Both the position numbers and the translations under genes were made by a program. A model generated the notes under the pieces. The model made no database searches and was not told where the DNA came from. It saw only the letters and a list, made by a program, of their open reading frames with translations. From Octopus sinensis (Eukaryota): 64,000 nucleotides of DNA. Shown piece after piece: positions 10,773-24,400 of this stretch; the first letter of the stretch is position 1, and each line of letters opens with the position of its first letter. The DNA lies in assembly GCF_006345805.1 (NCBI RefSeq), contig NC_043001.1, positions 58,838,001 through 58,902,000 on the forward strand. The letters are read 5' to 3'.

Positions 10773-13149
10773 TGTCACTTTTGGGATGTGCAGTGGTCTT
10801 TCATGCAGTTCTCTTCGATTTTCAACAGCCCAGTATCCACAGTTCTGTTGATTCACTATACCATTGAGATGAAAATGAGCATCATTACTCGTAAAGAAAA
10901 TAGGGTTGTCATTTGCCTCAAAAATTCCATTCATCGGACGTATGAAGTTAAGCCGCTGTGCATAGTCTTGTGGTTTCAACTGTTGCCTAACGACCATTTT
11001 GTACGGGTGGAAACGCAAGTCTTCATACAAAATACGCCTTACCGATCGATTACCGATGTCATGTTCAGTAGAATATTTCTGAGCAGAACGATTCAGACTG
11101 CGCATCAAAGCTTGTCTGACGCGATCCACTTTTTCGGAGATCCGTACCGTTCGTGGTGCTCCCACCTGTTTCCTATTCCTTAGTGTACCTTGTGTACGAA
11201 GTGAATTCACCCAACGTAAGTTTGTGTCACGGATGGAAACAGCCTGATTCGCTGAATGTTGACGTGTCGCCGAAACTCACGCTGAGCTGCTGTGACGCAC
11301 TGTCACAGGCAAACACGAGATGCTCTATCGTCCACAGCACCATGGCTTCACCTGAAAAGAAAGAAAAATGCTAAGACACCACGGACCAAAAGGTACCTGT
11401 CTGACATATTTCCCTTCCCCTGGGGCTGAGTAATAGCCATTTCAAAGCCGTTCGTCTTTTCTGCCCCACCCCGTATATATGTGTGTGTCACTGTGCGCAC
11501 GTGCGTGCATGTGTGTGTGTGTATATGTATGTATGTGTCTGTGTATATTGTGTTTGTATGCATGAATGTATTTTTATATGCTGATATTCTTAGATATATA
11601 GACATTTATATACATACGTTTGTGCGTGTGGATGTATGTGTGTATGTGTGTACTTTTACATATGTACGCGTGTGTGTGTCGATTTCAATTTCCGAAGTGG
11701 AGAAAATCTAGTAAAAGACTGACTAGAAATTCGTGTAAAATATATAGCACTTATTTGATTTAGATTTATCAATGTCACATTGAAAACAAAATCCCAATAA
11801 TATGGGGAAGTCAAAATATAAAAGGTCACTGGTGTGGTTCTCTCTTTTCGATCAATAGATGAATGTGCAACTGACATTCTGTCTAAATGTTATCAAATAC
11901 TTTTAAGTCTAAGAGTGCGCAGTTGTTCTAAGTAAAATGTTACTTTCAGATAGTATTTTCACACTACTTAAAATGTAGAAAATACCGATGTATTATCGAT
12001 TAGTGTTTAGCTGCACACTCCCACACTCGTTGCACGCGTGCACACACACACAGACACACACACACACACACACATATCATAGATTAAAAAGACAGTATAC
12101 TTCAGTAAAGACTACAGGTTTCATATAACAGTTAAATGTATGTCAATCAAAGCGAGCGATGTGTATGGGAAAATCTGTATTTCTTACACTATTTTATATT
12201 GTCGGTTGAAAACCAGCAGAAGTCATTATTTTGTATATATATAAACTGATATGGGCAGCCATAATTATTTAAAATTAGCCAGTTTTTCATTAGGTTTCAT
12301 ACATTGTATTGTAACTAACAGATACAGACAATTGACTTTATGTAACGGCACTAGTGTTTGGAATACTTGAGAATACTTGAATATTTATAGTATTTATAGA
12401 ATTATGAACGTATTACTTCATAACAGGAAGCGATTAACTAGAGACTAAGGGACTGTATTCTGTCATAAATGCTGCAATGTGTTAGTGATGAAATTCTTAA
12501 CCATCACCTGCGTATTTTATTTAGTCACATTGTTCATGGATAGAGTCTTTACCGTTCACAATAGTTGAACACTGTTCGGGTTCATCACAGCTCTATATTC
12601 TTAATATCGTCTTCGTTTGAGTCCCACTGTCTATATTTTAATGCTTAAACTATGAACCAGTTAGGGATCTCTTATGCATTTGCTGAAAATATCTAATTTT
12701 ACTTCACATAGCTCTCTTCCATTCCACATGTTTAAACAGGCACACCAGGCAATTTAGTATTTCAGACAAAAAGATATTAGCAACGACGTATAATCCATAA
12801 TAATTATAGCTAGCGTAATTGTGGATATTTTCATTGTTGTTATTTAATCTGAAGCTAATCGTTCTGAACATGATAAAAAGCACTTTCTGGGCAGTAAACC
12901 AGTCTCACATATCCTTCTTCATATGACAGTAAGATGTTATTTTGAGGCAGAATTGACTTCTCCCTCTGGCAGGACAAGTAAATGTAAGGATGTTCCCTTT
13001 TATTTTCATAGATAGTGAGGGCTTCAGGCTTCAGGCAGATATTTTGGCCGTTTGTTAGGAAAGCATATGATATCTTGTAATGAATATCTTGGGAGAGGTA
13101 TTGTTTAGATCCAATACACCCCAATCTCGTTGATTAGTTTCCTCTATTA

Positions 13150-13207
<58 letters not shown>

Positions 13208-13306
13208 CAAAATTCTTACACGCACGCACACATACACACACACACACACATATATATATATACATAATTATTTATTTATTTATGCATATCATTATTTCTT
13301 CATATA

Positions 13307-14065
13307 CGAGGGCTACTCAAAAGAAATCGGAATTTTGCAATATTATATTCACTTCGTTTTGCATGTTTACACCGTTATTGCCTTGAAAGTATTCTCCAGT
13401 TGAAGCAATGCATCAGAAAGCGCGCTTTCCACGATTCTGGAACTCTTGGGAAGTGATGCCTTTTAACGCCTCCGTCGTTGTTTTCTTCTCTTCAACAACT
13501 ACAAATTCCGTTGTACCAGCTTTCGTCTCCAGTGATGATTCCGACATGCATTCAGTTGTGACTGCTTTTGAGCTTCAGTGAGCAAGCGAAGCGCAGATTT
13601 TGCTGCAACTCTGTTCATTTGCTGGTGGCAGCTCCAGGGCACAGCACTCATATTAACAAGTTCGTGAATTCATAAATTTTCATGATGTTTTCATTTGTTC
13701 GGGACGCCGACGGTCGTCTTGAATAAGGTTGGTCTTCGAGAGACAAGTTACGATCTCTAAAGCGTAGAAATCACTTGTAAACTTGTGTTTTGCTTATCAC
13801 AGCATCCTTGCAGGATGTTTGAAGCATGACAACTGTTTCTCTAGTAGGAATTTCATGGAAGCACGCAGTTACTTCGTTTCAGCCATCACAAAAATCGACG
13901 AACAGAGAAACATTGCAAATCAAAGACACACCACGGGGCAGTACGACTCTCGCCGGCAGACTGATGACTGAGGGTTGTATCAAGTGGCTTCTAGTGGTCG
14001 AAGCTTGAACTACAACGGGCTTGTACCACAGAGAACTCTTCCGTTTACATTTGGCTAGCCCCTCG
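13307..14065 (-). mobile_element. Internally deleted mariner element
   Basis: TIRs TA-CGAGGGCTACTCAAAAG and (rc) CGAGGGGCTAGCCAAATG. Minus strand retains IQDDRRRPEQ (DDxRSGRP-like) and the C-terminal CIASTGEYFQGN*. Confidence 0.8.
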
Positions 14066-16426
14066 TTTATAGTTAGAGTAAACATTATCTGCTGAGGGAA
14101 TTCATGTACTTCGTCTTCAGATGATATAAGTGCATTCCCATTAAATGTTTATATCGATTCCTTTGCGGCTCCAGATTTATTTAAATGCTACCAACAAACA
14201 TAGGTGACGAAAATCTTGCATATCAGCACAAAATTACTAGCGTCAGTTCTTGTGTCTCTTTTCAGGTAGCTTCAATGTTTGATAAATTTGCATGCTTCTA
14301 TCAAGTTGTCTAAGTAGGATACATTTTTTTTCTTGTCATTTGCAATATTGCGTACACCTAATTTCAGAAAGTATCACCTTTTTGTGAGAAAGGATAATCT
14401 GGCTCTATAAGAATTCACTGGGAGATAGAAGTAAAAGGTGCCGAAAGATATTGCTGTATATGAAGTTACACCAGTAGACTTTCTTGCGTTTAGGTAATGG
14501 GGGTATTATAAAATATTTCCAACATTTTTTTCTGAAGAAGAGTGAGATTGAAATGGTAGATGAAGATAGCATGAGAGAAATTGAAAGAGAGTTAGATAGT
14601 TAAGATTTTGACTAAGTGAAACTCTAACTTTGTAGATATATCATTCGATAGCAATGAAGAAAATTTGGACACTAATCACGTCCATGTCTTACTGAAATCG
14701 GAGTGTGTTTCACTTCTAGATATTTTATATAACAGTTGGGAAACTGAGAGTGTAATGCACAAAAGTCTAGTAGATGTATTTTTGTTCGAATGTTTTACTG
14801 CGTAGATGACATGCGTCAGAAAATAATAGATTCATATACGATAAGCAATGTAACGGCTGTGAATTTAAAGACCAGCCTTGTCCATGTGTTTTTTCCAGCT
14901 ATCTAATGTCGATTAAACAGATACTACCACTGTGCAGTGGTTGACTAATATGAGCAAATTCTTCTGTGCCTATCCTTCTACATAGTGTTCTACCGCAGTG
15001 CCTAGTAGAAATCAAATCAATATATTCCATTATCTCTTAGGCAGAGTTATATATCATGTTTCTCTTGCATTTACAACTGTAGTACGAGACATTACACAGC
15101 AGTAATAAATATTGTGCACTGGGCAGAAGATTGTTTGGTAAAACTGATCTAATCAATTTACATTAAAATATATTATCGGCATTTGTTTTCTTGATTGCAA
15201 ACAGTTGAAACATGAAGTATGCTGAGAGAGAAAAATAACAGAATAAACGATAGATGGGGAAAAGTACATAAAATAAGGAGACATGAGATAAGAAGAGGAA
15301 GGAACTATAAAAAGAGACACTTGAAGGAAATAAATTTGAAGATTGTGGTGCGGGTAGAATAGATTAAAACAACTAAAGAAAAAAGGCAAACAGGAAAGAT
15401 AGGACAGCATCAGATGAAGGATAGAAGATATAGAGAAATAGAAGTAGAGAAATAAACAGAATAAAGAAATAGAGAGGAGTAGTAGAGGAAAAAACTACGT
15501 TGAAGAAGAAATATTTCTTGATGAGAGAGTAGAATAAGCCTGAAGTATGCAGAATAAAAGAAGTTCTCAAATGTATCAGTGTTTATATAAGAGTTAGAAA
15601 TGTAAGATCAAATGAATAAAAAAAAATATTGCGATCATTTTATGTTCATAGAATTTAAGGAGAATTTAAATTTAAAGGCAGTTACTTTTTCTGTTTTTGT
15701 TTTTTTTCTAAAATGTAGATTTGTCTGGCTGAACTTAAATGGAATTAGAATTCAATTTGTTTCTTTTTATGAAGCTACATGAAATGAGTTTAAACAAGTA
15801 AAGATGTAGGATGACAAAGCACAACGTAAGCTACATTCCTAAGGTTACTGCTAGCATTATTTTTGCGTTTATAATAGGCATTTAAATAATTGGAATTTTA
15901 AAATAATTTATTCCTTTTAAATGTTTTTGTGGCGATGTTCCTGTATAAGACAGCCAATATATAGACAAGAAATTTTAGCCAACACTGCCGATTCTTCTCT
16001 CGTAATATAATTAACAGTGTGAAATACTCTTTTTGTCTAAAAGCAATCAAAACTAAATCGATAAGAGTTTACCAAAGTTAATAACGTTTTATGTATGAAT
16101 AAAATTTATCTCATTATGGTACTGAGCATGTCAAACATGCAAATTGGAATGATAAGTGAGTTTCAGGAAGCTGAGTCAAACCAACATCTGAAGAGTTAGC
16201 AAATATAGGCGAAGTAGAGGGATTTTATACTTAATAAAAGTCATCATCTTAGTTTGAGTTTAGTTTTTAAAACAGTTATCATGAAACTCGTGAAAAGTGT
16301 ATAGAGAACAATGAAAAATTAGAAGCAAAATTCTCATCGGAGATACTATGAAAATGTTGCTAACATTAAACTGCTTAAAATTTTAATTTCCTTTTCATTC
16401 GAATAAAATAAAGCGATATCATTAGT

Positions 16427-17082
16427 GAACTGACAGCATCGTTAACGCACCGAGCTGTATGCCTAGAGACATTTCTTCCATTTTTCCGAGTTCAAATTCT
16501 ACCAAGCTCAACTTTGTTTTTCATCGTTTCGGGATCGATGAAATAAGAACCAGTTGACTACCAGGGTCAATGTATGTGATCGAGTAACTCCCTCCTCTAG
16601 ATTTCAGGCTTTGTGCCTATAATAGAAAGGAATATTGTTAATAGTAGTTGTATTTTAGGCGGCTAAGTGGCAAAATCTTTACTACATCGGATGAAATTAT
16701 TAGCGGTCGTTTCTCCGTCTTTACGTTCAAAGTTCAAATTCCTCCGAGACTGACTTTGCCTTTTAAACTTTCAAGGACTATAAAACATAAGTACCAGCTG
16801 AGCATTGACGCCGATGTAATCGACACACTCTCTCACCCGAAACTGTTGGCCTTGTTTCAAATTTTGAAATTAATATTATTAGTCTTAACTTTTTATTTGA
16901 AATTCCACCGAGGTTGTCTTTGCATTTCATGATTTCGCGGTCGATAAATTAATTACCAGTACCTGTGAAAATGTTGGGTGGATGTAATCGACTAGTCCTC
17001 TCCTCTCAAATATCAGGCCTTGCGATTCTTCTTCTTCTTCTTATTATTATTATTATTATTATTGTTATTATTATTATTATTA

Positions 17083-17167
<85 letters not shown>

Positions 17168-17284
17168 TGTCATCATCATCATCATCATCGTCATCATCAT
17201 CAAGTAACATTTACACACTGGGATCGATGTAATCGACTAGAACCTTACCCCAAACTTTCAGGCCTTTTGCGTATAGTAGAAAGG

Positions 17285-17285
<1 letters not shown>
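16427..17285 (+). mobile_element. Cluster of 3-4 tandem degraded tRNA-SINE copies
   Basis: Repeated GAGTTCAAATT...GACTTTGCCTTT...GATAAA.TAAGTACCAG...GATGTAATCGAC blocks at ~16427, 16657, 16895 and 17205. Confidence 0.75.
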
Positions 17286-17316
<31 letters not shown>

Positions 17317-17324
17317 GATTATTA

Positions 17325-17358
<34 letters not shown>

Positions 17359-17379
17359 GTTATTGTTGTTGTTGTTGTT

Positions 17380-17915
17380 GAATGAGAAAGCAGTACATGG
17401 CATCTAAGTGATACTGGGGTAAAATATACGAAGCCCAATATATCCATCATGACTACCCGTTTGGTAAAGGTACACAGGACACATGCATCACAACCATGTG
17501 TGCGCGACATGGTGATCTCATATCAAGATAAACAGCGTATGACCTTGCAGATGGGGCCCAGTTAGAATTTTCGTGGGGTCAAATAGCCCATCCAACTCAG
17601 AAGGTCCCTGAATAAGGGTTTTTAAGAATGTTGAACGAAACACCCATGTTTCCAAATGTGAATTATCTAAACAATAAAGAATTTCTTTCAACACATGGCT
17701 ATAATGCTCCCCCACTACTTCTGCTCGTGATCACATCATAAGCCACTAAGGGACATGCTCAATGTCAAACAACTGGCAAGCAAATCTGTGTGGTATTGAG
17801 AGTTTATTTGTTGTAGCCCATATTTTATACCAAGACAAAACAATGTACATGATAACACTTTCAATCAGTTAAGATCAGAAGACATGAGAGCCACTGCCTG
17901 GTACTTCATCAGGGC
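17380..17915 (-). mobile_element. ~550-bp (AAT)n-associated element, copy 2
   Basis: Same ends as copy 4; triplet repeats on both sides. Confidence 0.85.
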
Positions 17916-17980
17916 ATTATTATTATTAGCATTATTATTATTGTTGTTGTTGTTATTTTTATTATTATTATTATTATTAA

Positions 17981-18100
<120 letters not shown>

Positions 18101-18119
18101 CATTATCATCATCATCATT

Positions 18120-20460
18120 ATAGAATTGATTTATATTATTTCATCTTCTGACCGGACCTCAACCAGAGGCCTAAGGTATGTATATATTAGATAGGGTGAA
18201 ACTTCCTAAGGATGTGGGTGTTTAATTTCCACACACGTTGTTAAGTCTCATATAATGTTGGTTTCCCAGGGATATGGTAAAAAAAAGCCGTACCTTTATT
18301 GATCATTCCTAGGACACCTACAACAACAAAGATAGTATTGGTTTTTAATTACCACGTCCTAGATATCTCAATCTCAAGCTCTACAGTTTTTCAAATTCGT
18401 TTGCTGAGATGTTTCTCATACCATACGCAGGATTTTTCTTTTAAAGTGCATGATTTCTGTTTTGAGTCTTTGATGACGATGTCTCGTTTGTTCGCATTTA
18501 TTTGCGTGCCTGTATGTATTGCATAATCCATATTCTCTCCCTGAGTGACTGGTTCAGGAGGGTGTTCATATCAGTTCTTAGAATGCGTGATACCATAATG
18601 ACAGCATAATCTCCAACGCAAGTATTGATCAACTCGATCATACCTAGTTCTGTAATGGCAAGGACTGAGCAACCGACATCAATATGTTCAATACTCTCAA
18701 GTTTTTCATCACAAATTCTACACTTTGGGTCTACCTCATTGTGTGTGACATTAGCTTGATAGTTCCGAGTAAGGAGACTCTGATCTTGTGATACTAGGAT
18801 GAATCCTTATGCTTTGGCTTTCAAACCAACACACTGCAGCCATTCACGGGTTCCCCAGCTCGTTTAGGCTATTGCCTTTATAATAGTTTTTCTTGTCACA
18901 GTCTCGATATTTTCTTAAAGCTTACCTGTTCAGCCTTTGTTTTGCACTGTTTTGCTGCCTTACTGGTAGGTTTGACCTTATCATCATCATCATCTTCAGA
19001 GAGGTCAAGCTCTCTTCTGTATTTGTATGCCTCCTTTGAAATTAGGTGCAATTTCTTACTGTCCACATCTTGCCTTACCGGCTATATCATCCAGTCTGTG
19101 TTACTTTAGACGTACACTTGAGGTCTTCTCGTAGTCGTATTATAGGACGTTTCAAAATGTACTAGACATCTGCCGCCTTCTTTTCGTGGGAAATAGAGCC
19201 TCTAGAGGTCTGAGTTTGAATGACGCATCATGCTTAGTGTCAGCAGTTGCCTTGCCTTGTTCATACTATGGGGATCATTCAGATTCTTATTGATGATATT
19301 AAGGTGATACTTGACAGCTGGTACCGCCTGCAATTCTATTCTGACAGTTGAGCTCAATATTCAGAACCATTCTGATACGTCTATAATACTCTTTCCTGAT
19401 TTTCTCTGTCATTGATCCGTGTTGATTCCCTTTCCCTTCGTATATCCCAAAATACTTATAGAGGATTTCTTGAACCGAATCCTTGATAGATGTATTATGA
19501 TCAAGTTGGGTTGTGATATTAGATGTCAGTTTACCTCGTCTGAACGACGATTATCCACACATCGCAAGACCAAATTCTATATTGATGTTATATTGAATTT
19601 TTTTTACAGTTACTAGTTACCCGTTCCAATCCTTATCATGTGTTTTGCATATAACTTCAAGTCGTCCATATAGAGCAAGTGTGAGATGATCTTTTGAAAC
19701 ATTGTGTAACGTTAGTCTGTTCCATTCAGCACGTGGGACGTGGGGCATGAAAATGAGGAAAATACAGAAGAGTAGACAGTGAATCGCCTTGGAATAGTCA
19801 ACGATCTATTTTGATGTTCTCTAACACAAACGAGCCTTGCTCATGGTCCAGAAATAACATTGTGTTCCAAAGCTTTATACTGTGCTGCAGAAAACCTTTT
19901 ACGAAAGGAGAGATCTATATATCTTTTGCCTTTCAAATCCAGCTAGGTGAGACTCTGTCAAATGCCTTACAATAATTGATCCATTCTGTGCAAATATTTT
20001 GTTTTCTAGATGAGCAATTTTCGAGTATCAGAAGATTTATTAATAGCTGGTCTCTGCAGTCGTATTGGGTTTGATTTGTACCCTTGTTATGCAAGGGGAA
20101 GGATGTTGTTTTCATCGAGAAATTCATACATTCTTTCAGTGAGGATGGATGTATTTTGTACATTGTGGTTAAACAAGACCTCGACCTGTAGTTTTCGGGT
20201 TCTTTTGTCGAACGCTTTAGGGTGCATGTATGCTATCTCTAATGATATCCAGCTTGAAGTCGTTTCGGGGTTTCTTACGAATTTAGCGAAACGTACCACT
20301 AACTGTCGGTGTGATGATGAGAGCCTATTAATCGAGAAGTTTGGGATTTTATCATTCCAGGAGCCTTCCATTTATGAGCTTTGGATAGAACTTGAGTTAG
20401 TTCCTAAATTGTAATATCGTTCCATCCCTGTCCTTCAATCTTAGCCATTCTTCTTCTTTC
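18120..20460 (-). mobile_element. Old R4/Dong-clade RLE retrotransposon remnant
   Basis: Minus frames give NDKIPNF, CRDQLLINLLILEN...WINYCKAFDRVSPSWI, HLLYMDDLKLYA and a C-terminal VVGVLGMI...HILRK; ends at an (AAT/GAT)n tract. Confidence 0.8.
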
Positions 20461-20559
20461 CCTACCCATTCTTTGTTGAATTCCTTATCACTTCATGTAC
20501 TTTTAAAAAATGTCGCTACTTCTTTCATATCAGGTGTTTACTTCAATTGACTCTTTCTT

Positions 20560-21303
20560 AGATGTTAGCATTTTTCTTGTCTTCCTATCCAGACTTCGGA
20601 GCTCTGAAAAATTCCAGTTAATGAAGTTAAAACTGTATTAGACTACTGGGGTCCAGGGTGGTAATCGTTCTAAGGCTATTTTTCGAGTTAAGTATTTAGC
20701 ATGAGTCTTATTCTCCTGTAATACGTTTTTCTTATTTTTTCCTTCATAATAGCATGTTGTATACCATCTTTCTTTATCCTCAGATATTTGTGGATCAAGC
20801 TCCTTGATAGCAGTGTCGGTATCAAATTTAATGTAAGCTATTTGCCGGATCTTGCCTCTTACAGATATTGCTTTAGCACAGTTATCAAGGCCAAAATTAA
20901 TTCCGATATCATTGCTGAACTCTTTAACAGTTGTTAGCAGCCCCTTTAACTCATTTCTAGCAAACAGCTTCAGATAGTCCATATAAAAGGGATGGTTTAT
21001 TGTCGTATTATTAACTTTGAACCCGTACCTGGTGCTATTTAGTTCGTTTGAGAGTGAGATCAGTACCATGCAAATGAGCAATAGGGGGAGGGAGTCATCT
21101 TGAAAGATGCGTCGTTTCATGTTGCTAGATTGGGTCATCCCATAACTATGGTTTAAAAGTAGACGTGTGTTGCATTTGCCAGTGCTACTTAGTAAGAATT
21201 TGGAGAAAACAGGAAATATCTCATATTTCTCAAGGGCGTTGAGTAGCCATTTAAGTGGGACAATATCAAACGCTTTACTGTAGTCTATCCATGCCATACC
21301 CAA
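20560..21303 (-). mobile_element. Second R4-type RT fragment
   Basis: ORF 20638..21303 contains MAWIDYSKAFD, IFQDDSLPLLL, HPFYMDYLKLFA and FGLDNCAK. Confidence 0.85.
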
Positions 21304-22065
21304 AAAGAAGAAATGTAGTCAAAACTCCAGTGGGGCAGATTTAGCTACGAAACCTGCACACGATAAAATGTGTTTGGATTCTCCCTCACTTGTCCTTCCC
21401 ATTAACGCCATTGCTCAACCAATTCTGAAGGATTTTGATGTGAGTTCATCTGGGGAGTGGTGCTCCTCCAAACCGAAGAAGAGGCAGTGCAGTTCCAAAC
21501 CAGGCGGGAAATTTATGACCACTAAACTCATTCCGATCAACGCAAAAGGCCGACATAAGTCTGATGGCTATGAAGCCACCCTTTCGAAATCATCCAACGG
21601 AGAATCGAATGCCGCAGCTCAAGTGGAGAACAGAAAGACCATTTTGCCCACTCAAGATCAGCAATCATTTATGGTAAAGCTGAATCCACCTGTGATACAG
21701 GTATAAACCGCCTAAAAGAAGACATAAATTTTGTTTCCGTTTTAGTCAGAGAATTGTTCTCTGTCAACGTAAATGTCAGTATCCATAAGGTCGCTCGGCT
21801 AGGAAGATTCCAAGCGAACTCAACCTCAGACACAAGACTACGCCCAATAAGAGTAATCTTTTCTTCCGATCAAGAGGCTTCAACCTTCCTGAACAGAGCT
21901 CAGATGCATGCTTGGGAGGACCCCAATATGGGTTTTCGCGAGGAATACTCACTGAGAGAGAGAATTCGCCGGAGAAACCTAATATCCGAACTGAAGATGA
22001 GAAAACAGATGGAAGAGAAGGGTTTACGCATCCAAGATGGACAAATAACCAAGTCCTACCTCTAG
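21301..22065 (+). pseudogene. CR1-type LINE ORF1 region, disrupted
   Basis: HKVARLGRF...RLRPIRVIF...ERIRRRNLISELKMRK...LRIQDGQI resembles the C-terminus of CR1/L2-group ORF1 and lies just upstream of ORF2. Confidence 0.65.
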
Positions 22066-22137
22066 TCGCATACTGTAGTGCTGACAGGGAAAGTGAATCG
22101 AGGGCGAATCGAAGTAAAGTAGATACCCCCGTCAACG

Positions 22138-24400
22138 ATGCTATCTCTGATACCCCTTATTCTGCTTGTTCCCCAATTCCCGCCCCTCGTCTATACCAAC
22201 TCGTGCTCCTTATTTCCAAAGGTCAGCGAACTATTTACACTGGCCATGCGTGATTCCCCTGATGTGATAGCTATCATCGAGACTTGGCTGACTCCAGCAG
22301 TAAAGGACTCGGAAATCCACCTACAGGGCTACGCCCTCTTCAGATGTGACAGAGAAAAAAGGCGAGTCGGAGGTGTTGCTGTGTATGTTAAATCTGATCT
22401 CAAACCGTCCAGCGGTATTCTACCCACTAATGCTCAACCTACAACAAAATTCGATGTCGTCTATTGCAAGCTGAACCTATCCGGTTTTTGCCTGCCCGTG
22501 ATAGCTGTCTACAGGCCGCCTCTTGCCGACCCCCAGGACGATGCTCATTTACTCGAAGCGATAAGATTCGTTTCAGCTTCTCATGACTGTTTGATATTAG
22601 GAGACTTCAACGCTCCCACGATCGATTGGCCCGCATCAATTTATACACCATCTTCCCGGTTCGGCCAGGCCCTTCTTGTCGTAGCTGAAGATTGTTTTCT
22701 ATCGCAACATGTTGAATATCCGACAAGGCATCGGTCTGGGCAGCAGCCATCTATGCTGGATCTGGTATTCTCCCGCTATCCAAGATCAGTGTCAGACGTA
22801 TCTGTGTGCGCCCCTCTTGCCAAGAGTGATCATGCGGTCCTGAAGTTCGTCATGCACACAACTTTTTCTACGCCCACGACTACCTCGCTGCCATGTAGAG
22901 TCTTCTCTGCAATTAATCTTGAAATTCTAACCGAGGCTTCCGCGCTTCTGGACTGGCGATCCCTGATGACATTGTCCTCAGTTGACGAACTATGGGCGTC
23001 CATCAAAGCATATGTAATCTGGTTGACTGACCAAGCAGTTCCCGTCGGGCTTCCCAAGAAGAAGAAGCCCTGGGTGACGAAGAAGGTTAAACGAGAACTT
23101 CGACTCAGAGATATTGCTTGGGCTGAATTCAAAAATCTTGATTCGACTGCAGCTTTTAAGGTGTACAAAACTCAACGAGACCGAGCCGTGAAAATTGAAA
23201 AGGAAGAACGCTTCAGATATGAATACAGAATCGCAGCAAACGCCAGTAGCAATCCAAAAACATTCTTTTTTCCATGTCCAACGGAATTCTCGCTTGAACA
23301 ACCAAATTGCAAATTGGTAGACTCGACAGGCGTATCGATTGCGGGCCCTTATCAACAGAGTCAATTATTTGCCGAGGCTTTTTCAACTATTTTCAAACAA
23401 GATGATGGTCGTGAACCCCCTCCATTTGATAGATCGGTACCTCCAATGCTTCGATTGGTCATCACGAGGGACGAAGTCGAACGCGTTATTCAAGGCCTCG
23501 ATGTCAACAAGGGTCACGGCCCAGACGGCATACACCCACGGGTTATCAAAGCGTTGGCTCCGTCATCTGCGAGCCCTTAATACGTCTATTCAATATGTCA
23601 TTGGCGACTGGTGTTATACTTGCGGACTGGAGAACAGCGATAATGTGCCCAATTTTCAAGAAAGGGAGCCGCGAAGACCCGCTTAACTACCAAGCGGTTT
23701 CCCTTACATCAATAATTAGCAAGATGTTCGAAATCACCCTTAAGAAAAGTATGATGCTCCACCTCCAAAACACAGCCTCTATCTCTGATTCCCAACACGG
23801 CTTCGTGCAGAAGAGATCATGCTTGACCAACTTACTGGTAATGGAAGAATTGGTGACGCGCATCCTCGATGATAGTGATGCTGTTGACATCGTATTATTG
23901 GACTTTGCCAAAGCTTTTGACTCGGTAAACCACCGCCTATTACTTGTCAAGCTTCAAGCATATAGTTTCCATCCGGATGTTGTACGATGGGCTGGTGCCT
24001 TCCTCTCAGATCGCTCTTTCCATGTCCAAGTTAATGGTTCGCGGTCCGACGTCTCCAGTGCGAGCAGTGGCGTACCTCAAGGTTCAGTGCTTGGGCCCTT
24101 ATTGTTCTTAGTCTTCATAAATGACTTGCCCGATGACCTCACGCAACACAACCTTCTATTTGCCGACGATGTCAAACTGGTCGCTCCTCGCGATAATATA
24201 GAGGATCTTCGTCGAATTCTCCACCAAATTTGGAGATGGTCTAACGAATGGGACATGTGTCTGAACGTGTCAAAATGCTGTCATCTGCCTGTTGGCTCTC
24301 CTCCTGCAACTCAACTTGATTTCGAGCCGGGTCGTCTGCTGCTGGAGAGGACTGATCAGGTAAAGGACCTGGGTATCTTGGTGGATTCCTCCTTTTCGCC
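22138..24400 (+). pseudogene. CR1-type LINE ORF2 (APE endonuclease + RT), frameshifted, 3'-truncated
   Basis: APE motifs YTNSCSL, IETWL, GGVAVYV, VYRPP, LGDFN, SDH. RT motifs GPDGIHP, QHGF, DFAKAFDSV, SGVPQGSVLGPLLF, LFADDVKL, KDLGILVD. Frameshift near 23560. Confidence 0.93.

Larger units (their letters stand above)
9689..11473 (-). mobile_element. Tc1/mariner-superfamily element with both TIRs, internally deleted and interrupted
   Basis: TIRs CAGGGTAGAGCAGAGAGGTCGGACGTTTTTGAA and (rc) CGGGGTGGGGCAGAAAAAGACGAACGGCTTTGAA, each flanked by TA. ORF 10770..11210 has HPYK...FFTSNDAHFHLNGIVNQQNCGYW. The C-terminus DYFLWGNLKACVYAHKTRTLDDLK lies at ~9820-10010. Confidence 0.88.

Noticed and set aside
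12855-13124. 89-aa minus-strand ORF faintly like a CR1 C-terminal region
   Set aside because: The similarity is too weak to call by eye.
15150-15570. Purine-rich stretch with minus-strand F/L/S-rich ORFs
   Set aside because: Decayed GA-rich low complexity with no motifs.
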